Shown here piece by piece: positions 28,001-37,548 of a stretch of DNA of 64,000 bases (its first letter is position 1; each line of letters opens with the position of its first letter). The position numbers and the translations under genes are program-made. The DNA is from an uncultured archaeon (GTDB lineage: Archaea; Asgardarchaeota; Thorarchaeia; Thorarchaeales; Thorarchaeaceae). The notes beneath the pieces are model-generated. The model was not told the DNA's origin. It saw nothing but the letters and a program-made list of their open reading frames with translations, and ran no database searches. The stretch lies in the NCBI GenBank assembly GCA_964558645.1, contig CAZLEV010000008.1, positions 1-64,000 of the forward strand, read 5' to 3'.

Positions 28001-30678
28001 GTCAGATACCAGTGTGAGCCGTTGTAGCTCAGGTGATATGTGGTACCATCGATGGTGACATTGACCATCGTTCCCGTTTCGGGTACGTCGCCTGCGCTGT
28101 AGGTGTAATCAACAGTCAGGTTGAAGGAGCCTGTGAACTCGATGGTCAGGTTTGCAGGTGTCCACGTCACGTCGAGTGTGGTCGGCTCCGGAATGATATC
28201 CAGGGTGAGGGTCTCATCATATGCAATGATGTAGCCGTACTTGCTCAGATTAACGGCTATCTCGAAGTGGCCCAGATCCAATGAGTTGTCGAAGGTGAAC
28301 CAGTACGTCCCATTGTCTCCCTGAAGCAGGTATTCTGTGCCATTGATGAAGATCTGTCTGGTCTCTGCTGAATCAATCAACGCACCAGTTGAGTCTGTAT
28401 AGTTGACAATCAGGATCGTGTCTTGTGTCCATGTGATGGTATCCGTCTTCCAGTTAAACTGCAGGACTGTCGGCTCTTCTCCAATCTCGAGAACAGTCAA
28501 TGCGCTTCGATTCTGGAACCCTGCTTTCCATGCTCTGATCTCAAGCGAGAAGTTACCGATACCAAGTTCTGCAGCAGTTCCCTCGAAAGTATAGTTGTAA
28601 CGTTGGCTTGCGGAGTCATAGATGAGGTCCCAGGTGGTAGTCCCGTCTGTGGCATTCGCCGTTGCCCATTCCACAGGTGTTCCATTGACGAAATAATAGC
28701 CGACTGAGAGTGTCGTATTCTCAATGTATGTTATCGAGTCCCCATTCGACCATAGGATGTCGAGAGCTGTTGTATTGTAGATCAGGGTGACAGGAATGTT
28801 GAGGGTCTGATTCTCGATAGCATAACCTCTAGCAGTGACGTTGAGGTTGTAGGTTCCTGCAGCCTTCCCTGCGGTGGACACGGAGGCCGTCCACGTTCCG
28901 TCTGGGAGGTCTGACATGAGGGTGGAGGGCCCTTCATCGAAGGAATATCTCACTTCGGCCTGACTGCTGTCCAGACCCTGGGGTGTGAAGGTGTCATTGA
29001 AATGAACCGTGAAATCGAATGTATCATTGGTGTAGTAGTCTATCTCCGGCTGTGGAGTAGTCAGCTCGGTTGGATAGTAGACCACCACCTCGGTGGTGAG
29101 ATAGCCTGCCTCAGTCCCGTTGACCCAGTAGACCTCGAGGGTGTAGAGTCCATTGTCTGACGTTTCGTTGTCGATGTCCCAGAGATAGTTTGTTGTGCCA
29201 TCCACCACAGTTTCGTTATCTGGTCGCCATATACTGCTTCCAGACTTGTAGATTGTCAGGTTCGTACTCCCGTCTTGGGCCGGGTTACTGCTGGCATCCT
29301 CAATCGTTGTATCGATATCCATGTCCACGAGGATGCTAACACTATCCACGATGGGCTGGCCCGAGGAATGATCACTCATCTCTATCGCGGTGACATAATT
29401 CGGGGCCGTGAAGCTCATAGTCCACGTCCCATTCGTCATGGATGTACACGTTGCCACTGTGGTATAGTCGGTGTATCCCCCTTGGTTCGTTGGGGATGAG
29501 CCATTGTAGAGGCCTTCTATTGCCCAGTCTGGCATCTTCGTCACGTTGAGATACCTGCTCGTTTCATAAGTGGTGACGGGATATGAGGTTTCAGAGGTGG
29601 CGTTCCAATAGATGTCTGCCCTTGAGGTGTCCGCACTCCATGTGGTGCTTGTGCTAAGACTCTGCGAGTACCAGAGGGTGAGATTGTAGTTCATGTAGAC
29701 TGACTGATTCGTACTGATGTTTAATCGGGCTGGATTGTCCTCCATTAATGTCCATACGTTTCCTGCCACATCCGTGGAATTCACCTGTAGTTCAATGTTG
29801 GCGGGAGAAGTAAATATGAGCGGATGGTTCGTTGTCTGGTTCCACGGGATGTAGGTGTAGTTGAGGAGTGCCTCACGATTATTTATCGGCACCCAAGTAG
29901 ATGGTTCCATGAATCTATAGGTATTAAAATCACCTGCTGTGTTTTCAGTACGCCACTCTATCTCAGGATATCTCTCTTCGTGTTCTATGAGCTGTTCCCC
30001 ATCTATGATGAGATAGTAGGTATCCCTCGCAGTGAGATTGACCCGAATATCCTCCGTATGCCAAGTGCCAGACACGTAATATGGAAGAACGGAATAGCTT
30101 GTCACATTCGATGTGTCGCTATCATATGCCCTTCTGATGACAAGGTATGCAGGGTTGTTGACATCAGGGTCATAATAGGCCGACCGATAGTAGATAGAGT
30201 AATTCTGAAGCGAACCATTGTAAGGCTGGTCATAGAAGCCTTGAGCCAACTGGGAATGAATGTTGTCAAAGTTGTCTTTTTCTATCTTGAAGTCCCATGT
30301 ATTTCCATTGACGCCCACTGTTTCTCTTTCAGGGGCGGCAGTGAGGTTCTCTAAGACGACATCTACCCGATAGATGTCCCAGTCGGGGATTGCAAACTGC
30401 TCTATATCTATCATGGCCTCATGCGTGTCGATATCGGCATATGAGTTCAGCACTGAAGTCTGTACGCCGGTGATAGTGGTGGAAAAGAAGACCGTGCCAT
30501 CGAGAGTACTTCCCTCGGCTGAGAGCTCTGAGAGATTAGGTGTAACTACCAATGGAGTTTCCTTACTCCCACGGAGATCAGTACCTCGTGGACCGTGCAC
30601 TGCGCGTGGCAAGATGGGGAGCAAGAACAGAATGACGAGCAATAGCACAATACCACGTTTCAATGTATTTCGCCTCAT
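25045..30678 (-). CDS. Giant cell-surface protein: signal peptide, Ig-like repeat array, single TM, cytoplasmic longin-like domain, winged helix and acidic tail
   Basis: Repeated T.L...W....V.Y....G.P...A.V...Y......LG.G.Y...I.A...GY modules rich in NxS/T; TM GLYMILAIVLLGVVAGAY; longin-like GTCVFYHPF...PDLISGFIAAITS. Confidence 0.85.
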   Translation of the reverse strand: MRRNTLKRGIVLLLVILFLLPILPRAVHGPRGTDLRGSKETPLVVTPNLSELSAEGSTLDGTVFFSTTITGVQTSVLNSYADIDTHEAMIDIEQFAIPDWDIYRVDVVLENLTAAPERETVGVNGNTWDFKIEKDNFDNIHSQLAQGFYDQPYNGSLQNYSIYYRSAYYDPDVNNPAYLVIRRAYDSDTSNVTSYSVLPYYVSGTWHTEDIRVNLTARDTYYLIIDGEQLIEHEERYPEIEWRTENTAGDFNTYRFMEPSTWVPINNREALLNYTYIPWNQTTNHPLIFTSPANIELQVNSTDVAGNVWTLMEDNPARLNISTNQSVYMNYNLTLWYSQSLSTSTTWSADTSRADIYWNATSETSYPVTTYETSRYLNVTKMPDWAIEGLYNGSSPTNQGGYTDYTTVATCTSMTNGTWTMSFTAPNYVTAIEMSDHSSGQPIVDSVSILVDMDIDTTIEDASSNPAQDGSTNLTIYKSGSSIWRPDNETVVDGTTNYLWDIDNETSDNGLYTLEVYWVNGTEAGYLTTEVVVYYPTELTTPQPEIDYYTNDTFDFTVHFNDTFTPQGLDSSQAEVRYSFDEGPSTLMSDLPDGTWTASVSTAGKAAGTYNLNVTARGYAIENQTLNIPVTLIYNTTALDILWSNGDSITYIENTTLSVGYYFVNGTPVEWATANATDGTTTWDLIYDSASQRYNYTFEGTAAELGIGNFSLEIRAWKAGFQNRSALTVLEIGEEPTVLQFNWKTDTITWTQDTILIVNYTDSTGALIDSAETRQIFINGTEYLLQGDNGTYWFTFDNSLDLGHFEIAVNLSKYGYIIAYDETLTLDIIPEPTTLDVTWTPANLTIEFTGSFNLTVDYTYSAGDVPETGTMVNVTIDGTTYHLSYNGSHWYLTINGSDLGVGNFTATILADCYGYEDALNVTAELIVTTSPNMFDVQYEPSDYIMTYAETLNITVYYLYGGEPVENATVRLYVNSGRIYDLILGMDDLWHISLAASDIGLGNWNLTILANSSGYDTGRDEVLLGVQVDTPVLTPSWSEHDLYYTHETELTVTLMDSLGNPILDAEVNATYRSQNYTLTHEGLGAYTLQLDGSDGLGSFTIAIRSWAYGFDNLTDSVLLNIVETPLENTIEEIYYGFNGSVFVELFYDGEYYVSVDVLDVDSKPVNTLTVNLTIDGKIYPLMSAGGGTYSTTIAGSTIGVGSFTALMQADVYGYESFSESLTIDILPVPTEILFTVEAPPTMFLNDTFDLILNFTDGHTGELSPADEILALFANPVTWTIVSEGVYSFEISTYSLPLTDYLLNITFLKANYTSVSYSTTITVRAVYTALTGNTEYFEWENETIVFAVQFHDLDHDLPVYWASVRVSFSSIELNMTHAGGGIYEVEYRVLLAPNDYDLTFTAEAVGCDSQTLSAELEVRAKTNLYFVFNLPESVAEGSSFSVGATLLVAGTDEPFDGAPVRFYVYVTLDNGTAFVQELNAVTNLQGYASQAFMVPTEAVNLTVVAAFEGTRQVWSVEEQSGTIPVTPGVMTQFLEFITQPPGLYMILAIVLLGVVAGAYNKIHKPRKAHERRALQRQLNAFNDLQTLRHFMAVYLDRGTCVFYHPFTDMRIQPDLISGFIAAITSVYGEIKGDGVSGALEEIQYQGLWLNSYSSQYVIGILILEGETSSFLRERLQFFVEMFENQYESELTDWRGSVDCFDPEWVIGNLNETFNYNWMLPHVIAEGGKARGLESELLRILSARLDEKREFRIADVLEPASEETGKTQAEILDVLLEMQEKGLIRPISVHTVLQRQGLGISGEEEGEIEIIGGEEALESVEEEPARVSETPSDMKAEEPSEQDEVASDEKEPEKHEDEAEKFIKDVEALMSSETDSEDND

Positions 30679-30795
30679 GGGGCATCATTTGTCGTTTGGA
30701 CTTGAACAGGTTATGGCGCGATAAATACGTATCTTTAGAGAGTCTTTCAATGTATTGGTGATTGACTCTTTCCATATTTCGGTAGTCGTCTGATG

Positions 30796-31314
30796 TTATG
30801 TGTAGTATGAAGGTCCACTATCGGTCTCTTGTTGGATGGTTCCTGGCATCTTCCCCGTGATGTCGTTGAGAATGTGGATCACCATATCAACCGTGCTATG
30901 GACCCTTCTCATCAACCTCCAGAGGCGGTCTTCGTTGAAGGCATCGTCATAGACTCTGTCGGAGACCACAAAACCCGGCCCGGGAGGCTTCTTTCCCTGC
31001 TGTTGGTCTGGCCGAGGCTGAATGAAACCAAGGTCCACATCCTGAGAGAAGCTGTAACGCATGGTCTTGATCTGAAACTCCTTCATCTTCTCTGCATTGA
31101 GGAGCTTGAGGTGCTGGGGAGATATCATGACCTGCGATTCAACTTGAATGAAGGGTTGATCGTTCGGGCGGACGACGCTGAAGAAGAAACGCTTGAACTT
31201 GACCTTGAAGAGGAATTCTGCCCTGGGATTTGATATGGTTTCAACCTTGCTCCCCTCGCGGGAGAACCACTCTCTGATCTTCTCTCTGATTTCGTCAGTT
31301 GTTTCATCCGCCAT
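30796..31314 (-). CDS. DUF2299-family protein
   Basis: IREWFSREG, ISPQH, SDRVYDD patterns. Confidence 0.65.
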   Translation of the reverse strand: MADETTDEIREKIREWFSREGSKVETISNPRAEFLFKVKFKRFFFSVVRPNDQPFIQVESQVMISPQHLKLLNAEKMKEFQIKTMRYSFSQDVDLGFIQPRPDQQQGKKPPGPGFVVSDRVYDDAFNEDRLWRLMRRVHSTVDMVIHILNDITGKMPGTIQQETDSGPSYYT

Positions 31315-31376
31315 ATGCGCCTTCTCCAACACAGGCTAAGAAGACCCTCCCATCACTTAATGCTTGTGCTATATGG

Positions 31377-32183
31377 TTAAGCTTTGAATCGTTTGATGGT
31401 GTCGTAGCCCGACGGGGCAATATCAGCATAGCAGGTTATCTGTTCCCTGACCGACTTGATCATCTCTGTATCTGATGTGTTCACAAATACCCGTTCCTCA
31501 GAGTTCAAGCGATTCAGCCTCACACCCCACGGGTCGATGACTTGGCTGTGACCGAAATAGGTCTTGCCGTCAAACCCAAATCCGATGCGATTGGTGGCCG
31601 CCACAAAGAGCTGATTCTCGATGGCTCTCCCCAGCAGCAGAGCGTTCCAGTGTGCACTTCTCGGATCCGGGAATGCAGCAGGGATAACGATCAGCTCTGC
31701 TCCTTCCAGTGCCAGTCTTCTAGTCACTTCGGGGAATCGGATGTCATAGCAGATCTCCAGCCCAACCATCATGCTTCCTAAGTCGAGCAGAGCCAGACTC
31801 TCTCCTCCCTTGAAGACATCTTTCTCCTCCTGAAACGGATGCATCTTGCGGTACTGTGCCACAATCTTGCCATTGGGGGCTGCAACTACTAGCGTGTTAT
31901 AGAACATCTCATTCTCCGTTCCTTCGATTCCTGTGCCTATGACGAATGCACTGTGTTCTTCTGCCAGGTCAGTGAGAAAATCAACTGTCCGGCCTGGGAT
32001 GCCCGGCCCCAGCTGGGAGTAGTCCGTGAGGCTGAACCCTATGGCAAATAGTTCAGGAAGAATGATGAATTCCAACGCGGCATTTGTCTTTCGTTCACGT
32101 AGCAGCCATCTTGCTCTCGCAAAGTTATGGTCCGGATCACCATCTTTGCAGGGCATCTGAACGAGAGTTGTTGCAAACTCCAT
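31377..32183 (-). CDS. Carbon-nitrogen hydrolase (nitrilase/omega-amidase family)
   Basis: Triad motifs LPELF, YRKMH, ICYDIRFPE; RAIENQ. Confidence 0.93.
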   Translation of the reverse strand: MEFATTLVQMPCKDGDPDHNFARARWLLRERKTNAALEFIILPELFAIGFSLTDYSQLGPGIPGRTVDFLTDLAEEHSAFVIGTGIEGTENEMFYNTLVVAAPNGKIVAQYRKMHPFQEEKDVFKGGESLALLDLGSMMVGLEICYDIRFPEVTRRLALEGAELIVIPAAFPDPRSAHWNALLLGRAIENQLFVAATNRIGFGFDGKTYFGHSQVIDPWGVRLNRLNSEERVFVNTSDTEMIKSVREQITCYADIAPSGYDTIKRFKA

Positions 32184-32352
32184 GATTACTCCTCGGTTGC
32201 GTCGAAGGGAATAATGGGTACTCACTGGCACTTAAGGCTTCATCCAGCACTCGGACACTTCTCAGTGACCTCCTTGATGTGTCAGATGATAATCCTTAAT
32301 ATATTCCAAGCGAGGTTCAAGAATCGTAAGGGCTCTTACGGAAGTGTGACTA

Positions 32353-32658
32353 GTGGTCAACGAAGTCGATACTGAGCCGGAAAAAAGGGCTGATATGCCG
32401 AAGACTCCCTATTCTAAACCAGTTGAGGGTTCCATGGGGAAGACCGGCAGTTGGCGAACCTTCAATCCTGAGATTGATTATGATGAGTGTAGTCGATGCA
32501 GGACCTGTTGGCTCCATTGCCCTGAAGCGGTCATAACACTTGATGAAGACGGAACACCGGACATCGACTTGGAGTACTGCAAGGGCTGCGGTATCTGCGC
32601 CCAGGTGTGTCCGAAGAAGTGCATAGCAATGGTTCGACGCAAGCTACTGGAGGACTAG
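32353..32658 (+). CDS. porD: 2-oxoacid:ferredoxin oxidoreductase delta subunit
   Basis: KTGSWRTFNP, CSRCRTCWLHCP, YCKGCGICAQVCP. Confidence 0.93.
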   Translation: MVNEVDTEPEKRADMPKTPYSKPVEGSMGKTGSWRTFNPEIDYDECSRCRTCWLHCPEAVITLDEDGTPDIDLEYCKGCGICAQVCPKKCIAMVRRKLLED

Positions 32659-32660
32659 AA

Positions 32661-33842
32661 GTGCAAACGAAGATAATGAGTGCGAACTATGCGGCTGCGC
32701 GGGCAGTAATGTCTGCTCGTGTGGAGGTTGTTGCTGCATACCCCATTACGCCTGCAACCACGATTCCCGAACAGATAGCGTATCTGAATGAGACGGGACA
32801 GTGGCCGGGCGAGTTCATCAGGGTGGAGTCTGAGCACTCTGCGATGTTTGCTTGCATTGGTGCTAGCTCCACAGGAGCCAGGGCATTCACGGCAACAGCA
32901 TCTAATGGTCTACTGCTCATGGACGAGGCTCTTCACTGGGCAGCGGCTGCCAGACTGCCCATAGTTCTTGCGAACATCAATCGTTCTGTCTCGCCGTCAT
33001 GGAATATCCATGCCACTCATGATGATGCCTTTTCGAAGCGAGATACTGGCTGGATTCAGTTCCATGCAGCGAGTGTTGATGAGTTCTATCACACCATTAT
33101 TCAGGCGTTCAAGCTCGCTGAAGACCCACGGGTACTGATGCCAGTAATGGTGAACGCTGACGCCTTTGTCTTGAGCCACACTCTGGCCCCCTACGATTAC
33201 TTGGAGCCGGAGGAAGTGGACCGATTCCTACCTCCATACAAGCCTTCGGAATGGGTGATGGACCCCGAGAAGCCTGTTTCTCACGGAAACATTGTCTTTC
33301 CTGAATACTTCCAGGAGTTTCGCTATGGAATGCACAAAGCCGATCTTGCAGCCCTCGAAGTCTACAAGGAGGTCGAACGTGACTATAAGAAGTTCTTCGG
33401 TAAGGAGCTTGGAGGAACAATCGACTGTTACAAGTGCGACGATGCTGATGTTGTATTCACAGCGCAGGGGACTATCGGATCTGAGGCTATTGATGCAGTC
33501 AAAGAGCTCCGCGAAGAGGGGTACAAGGTCGGAAATGCCCGAGTCAGAATGGTGCGTCCCTTCCCAATCGATGACGTGAGAGAGCTTGCCAAGAAGGTGA
33601 AGGCCTTTGCTAGTTTCGACAGAGCCGTATCTTACGGGATGGGTGGTCCAGTGGCCAACGATATCCGCGCGTCACTCTACAATACAGACCTGAGGCCAAT
33701 GGTCAAGAGCTACATTGGCGGTCTTGGAGGAAGAGATGTGACAGTGGACGACATCAAAGAGATTATTCTAGACACAGTCGATGCCTTAGAAAAGGGCGAG
33801 ATAGGCCCCGAAGAGACCTGGCACGACCTCATGGAGGAGTAA
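32661..33842 (+). CDS. porA: 2-oxoacid (pyruvate-type):ferredoxin oxidoreductase alpha subunit
   Basis: AYPITP, ESEHSA, GLGGRD; GGAGG before the GTG at 32661. Confidence 0.92.
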   Translation: MQTKIMSANYAAARAVMSARVEVVAAYPITPATTIPEQIAYLNETGQWPGEFIRVESEHSAMFACIGASSTGARAFTATASNGLLLMDEALHWAAAARLPIVLANINRSVSPSWNIHATHDDAFSKRDTGWIQFHAASVDEFYHTIIQAFKLAEDPRVLMPVMVNADAFVLSHTLAPYDYLEPEEVDRFLPPYKPSEWVMDPEKPVSHGNIVFPEYFQEFRYGMHKADLAALEVYKEVERDYKKFFGKELGGTIDCYKCDDADVVFTAQGTIGSEAIDAVKELREEGYKVGNARVRMVRPFPIDDVRELAKKVKAFASFDRAVSYGMGGPVANDIRASLYNTDLRPMVKSYIGGLGGRDVTVDDIKEIILDTVDALEKGEIGPEETWHDLMEE

Positions 33843-33844
33843 AA

Positions 33845-34750
33845 ATGGTTGCGACAAAAGACATACCACTGAAGGAATACATTCTGAAGGGCAATGCGGC
33901 ATGCGCCGGTTGCCAGGACATGGTCGCCCTGAGACACGCGCATAAAGCGCTTGAGGGTGATGTGATTCAGGTTGTTCCCGCCTGTTGTACAAGTGTAGTC
34001 CAGTCATTATTCCCAAAGTCATGTATGGACTTCCCAGTTCTCAACACCGCTTTCCCTGCAGCTGCGGCGACGGCATCTGGAGTTCGTGCTGCATTACGCG
34101 CAAAAGGCAACGATCACACCACGGTGATGGTCTGGGCTGGAGACGGTGGAACGTTCGATATCGGTATCCAGGCTCTCAGTGGAGCGCTGGAGAGGCGTAC
34201 TGATTTCCTCTACGTCTGCTATAACAATCAGGTATACAGTAATACCGGCACACAGCGTTCCGGTGCAACTCCTCTACATGCACAGACCACTACGACCTGG
34301 TTTGGAAAGACCGAGCCGGAGAAGATGTTGGACCTTGTGGTCGCTGCCCATGAACCTGCCTATCAGGCCACAGCAAACGCTGCATATCCCCGCGATCTCT
34401 ATGAGAAATTCACCAAAGCCCGAGAGATCCAAGGTCCGAAGTTCATTCACGTCTTCATTCCGTGCCCACAAGCTTGGAACTACCCAGTAGAACTGGGTGT
34501 CGAGATGGGCAAACTGGCGGTTGAGACTGGATATTGGATTCAGTGGGAACGTGTCGGTGACAAATTCGAATTGAGCCGCCACAGCAAGCGGTACCAAGAC
34601 CCCGAAAAGCGCAAACCAATTGAGGAGTTCCTGAAACTGCAGGGTCGATTCTCAAAGCTCTTCAAGCCAAAGCGCGACGAGAAGAAGATACAAGAACTTC
34701 AGGACTATGTCCAGCACCGCTGGGATATCATCATGCGAACCTTTACGTAG
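33845..34750 (+). CDS. porB: 2-oxoacid:ferredoxin oxidoreductase beta subunit
   Basis: ACAGC, AGDGGT.DIG.QALSG, YSNTGTQRSG.TP, PCP. Confidence 0.93.
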   Translation: MVATKDIPLKEYILKGNAACAGCQDMVALRHAHKALEGDVIQVVPACCTSVVQSLFPKSCMDFPVLNTAFPAAAATASGVRAALRAKGNDHTTVMVWAGDGGTFDIGIQALSGALERRTDFLYVCYNNQVYSNTGTQRSGATPLHAQTTTTWFGKTEPEKMLDLVVAAHEPAYQATANAAYPRDLYEKFTKAREIQGPKFIHVFIPCPQAWNYPVELGVEMGKLAVETGYWIQWERVGDKFELSRHSKRYQDPEKRKPIEEFLKLQGRFSKLFKPKRDEKKIQELQDYVQHRWDIIMRTFT

Positions 34751-34752
34751 AA

Positions 34753-36306
34753 TCAGTGCCCGGAGACGGGCGCCTTCTCTCTCTTATGGTCCTGCAGTAT
34801 CAAGTAGGCTAGACCCCCCATGTAGGCTGACTTCATTCTCTCTATTTTATTCTCTTCACTAACGACATCATAGATTCCCATCTTGGCGTAGGCATCAACA
34901 GCTTCTTCAGCAATGAATCTTGAAATCCATGGAAGCTCCATCACTTGCCCCCCCAGGTCTAAGAACTCAAGTATCTGAAACGCGGTCTCAGAGAAGATTG
35001 CCTCCGCGAATCTGTCCCTATCCTGTTCCAAGAATGTCTGTTGCTGCTTTATCATTTCAGAAGCAGCTGTGAAGACAAGCTTTAGATCATCAATAAGCGC
35101 CTGCTCGAAACCTGCGGTTCTCGATTTCACCTTGATTTTCATCTCAAGGTTCGCAAGTGAGTCGGTGTATCGTTTCTCAGGTGAGACATAAGGTTTCCAT
35201 CCGCTCTTTGCCTTTTTCTTGATAGTCTGAAGCTCCTCGTAGAGCAGACTCCCTCGATTCTTCTGTTCTGCCAGTCTTACTGCCAGAGACCTTCTGTTTC
35301 CCCTCAATATGTCAATGAAGTTTTTCAAGTCTTCATTGCTCCCTCTTCCCTTTCGTGCACGGAGGGTTTCGTCATAGTGGGTATCTATCTCGTCAAGTAC
35401 ATACATGAACATGTTCACGAGAGAAGGCGGCTCGGAGAGCTTCGCCAACTCCTCTGTCAATAATCTACCAAAGTGAAGATCTTCGATTAGCCTGTACGCT
35501 ATTTCTGCAATTGTAGCCAGATGTCTGCATGCAGTTTCACTTCCGATGAGGGGCCAAGCAAAGGGCTTTCGGGCCCCATACCCGCCAATTGCGTTCTTCA
35601 GGGCAGTCTTCACGTGGTATATGAGTATGTATCCTGTTACTTCTCTCGACAGGTCATCCAGTTTCATGGTGAGGGTTCTGTCAAAATCCACTCTCAATCC
35701 CGTTGCTGTCATCATCAGAAGTGCTATCAGATGTGGAATCCTACCAAGGGTGACTTCATTATCGGTGTCAAAACCTCTTAATGCGTCACTGATTGTGAAG
35801 AGCGGGCAATCCACGTTTCTCAATTGTATCTCGTGTTTGATTCTGGCTTGTAGCCTTAGCCGCGACTCCCTGCTCTCTAACAGGGCCCTGACAAATGGCT
35901 CGATGGGTTGAGCTGGCAGTTCCGATGGTCCCGCAGTCATCGCCACCACGTTCTTTGGCAGCATCATAATCCAAAGCGTGGAAACGGATGCAAGGACTGC
36001 AGCTTCAACTACTTCTTGCCCTCGCATGTTGTCTGATGGAATCCTCGGTTTGAATCCGAGCCAGCCGGGAAGGTTCACTAGGAACTCAACTTGTTCATCA
36101 TCATTCAATGCGCGTGAAAGCAGACTGCTCTTGATATAGTCGTAGAAGCCCACATACTCGGCTTGGTCCTTTGGCTTTCTAAGGAGTTCTTCTCTCTCTG
36201 TTAGGCTTCTCACATCGTCTTCCAGAATCTCCTCTATGACCCTTGTCTTCCAAGAGTATCGCATGTTGTCAACTACAGTGCTAACAACATCATCAATGGG
36301 ATTCAT
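34753..36306 (-). CDS. Hypothetical protein, predicted all-helical (517 aa)
   Basis: Long ORF; ATGA-coupled to the upstream gene. Confidence 0.75.
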   Translation of the reverse strand: MNPIDDVVSTVVDNMRYSWKTRVIEEILEDDVRSLTEREELLRKPKDQAEYVGFYDYIKSSLLSRALNDDEQVEFLVNLPGWLGFKPRIPSDNMRGQEVVEAAVLASVSTLWIMMLPKNVVAMTAGPSELPAQPIEPFVRALLESRESRLRLQARIKHEIQLRNVDCPLFTISDALRGFDTDNEVTLGRIPHLIALLMMTATGLRVDFDRTLTMKLDDLSREVTGYILIYHVKTALKNAIGGYGARKPFAWPLIGSETACRHLATIAEIAYRLIEDLHFGRLLTEELAKLSEPPSLVNMFMYVLDEIDTHYDETLRARKGRGSNEDLKNFIDILRGNRRSLAVRLAEQKNRGSLLYEELQTIKKKAKSGWKPYVSPEKRYTDSLANLEMKIKVKSRTAGFEQALIDDLKLVFTAASEMIKQQQTFLEQDRDRFAEAIFSETAFQILEFLDLGGQVMELPWISRFIAEEAVDAYAKMGIYDVVSEENKIERMKSAYMGGLAYLILQDHKREKAPVSGH

Positions 36307-37466
36307 TGATCCGCCTCCTGTGAGAAAAGAAGATCAATGATCTCTTCTAGCGACGGCCTGATTCCAATCTCTGATTCCATGAAGCTGTAGGCTTCGAGTA
36401 TCGCCTGTTCGATGTCAACTTCTTCTCCGGTTCCCGATAGCTTAGAGAATGAAAGCCGTCTGAGCTCCAGTCCTAGGTCAATCTCTTCTGGGCATTCGAT
36501 GCCTTTCAAGTCTGTGAGGTCAAGGATGCCCTCAAGACTTCTGTAGCTAAGGTCAACGATGGTGCCCTTAGGATGCTTTCTGTTTCTCAAGTAGATTCTG
36601 AAGACAGGACGCAACCCATTCTTGTCAATATCATCGCAGAGATTCATTATTCGGCCGGCGACGCTAGCTCCCGACACATATGCTCGCTTCAAATCCTCTA
36701 GTTGGACCTTGTCAGCGAGCGTGATAGCAAGGTCTGTTTCATAACTGTAGTCGATTTCTCTTACGGAAGTGGCCCCGATGACAACATCCGTTTCTCTCTC
36801 AACCTCTTGAAGGAGACTGGCCCGGAACTTGCCTAGGGTATCCAGATTCATCTTGACTTTCTGTGGTTCACCATCCGTGTCAACAATGAGGCCCATCTCC
36901 ACATCGAAACTATGTACGTCTTCTGGGCGGAAGCTTGTTAGCGTCATTCCCAGAGCCTCTTGCTGGTCGACCTCTATCAGAACACCGTCTACTGATGTCA
37001 TGTGGCGGGAGCAGTAGAACCGACCCGGCAGAAAAGCATGCAGCTCCGGAGTTTCCGTGTGGGCTTCCATGGATTTCAGGAGTTGGTCCTCTCCTCCGCT
37101 TGCTAATGGCTGCGGCGATGATTCTGTTTTGTCGCAGCCCGAGAGTATTGCGCTATCTTCAGAACATGGAGTAGACACGGACTGAAGTTCGACGGTGTTA
37201 CCATGGGCTTGAGGCTCAAGAATAATACTATCAGTGTGATTTGAGAACTCTATGTCCGAGTCATCGGGAACCTTGCTCATCAGGTCCTCTGTTCCCGCTT
37301 GGAAATAATCTCTGTCAAAAGGGATAGGCATGGAAAAACCGACACCTTGGAAGTAACCGAGGTCGGATATTCCGATGATGTACTCCTCTTCCGGGAGAAC
37401 GCTCTCCTGTATCTCTACCAGTCTCAGAGTCCTCTGCTTCGGTATATACACAGTGCCTTCACCCAC
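36303..37466 (-). CDS. Hypothetical acidic protein (387 aa)
   Basis: Long ORF with a low-complexity linker; no motif recognised. Confidence 0.7.
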   Translation of the reverse strand: MGEGTVYIPKQRTLRLVEIQESVLPEEEYIIGISDLGYFQGVGFSMPIPFDRDYFQAGTEDLMSKVPDDSDIEFSNHTDSIILEPQAHGNTVELQSVSTPCSEDSAILSGCDKTESSPQPLASGGEDQLLKSMEAHTETPELHAFLPGRFYCSRHMTSVDGVLIEVDQQEALGMTLTSFRPEDVHSFDVEMGLIVDTDGEPQKVKMNLDTLGKFRASLLQEVERETDVVIGATSVREIDYSYETDLAITLADKVQLEDLKRAYVSGASVAGRIMNLCDDIDKNGLRPVFRIYLRNRKHPKGTIVDLSYRSLEGILDLTDLKGIECPEEIDLGLELRRLSFSKLSGTGEEVDIEQAILEAYSFMESEIGIRPSLEEIIDLLFSQEADQ

Positions 37467-37548
37467 GACATCGTTTCGTTAGTGCTTGCGCAAGTGCCTG
37501 AAAGTGTCGAATCAATATATTCGATTCTATGATAGACTTCCGGGCTGC

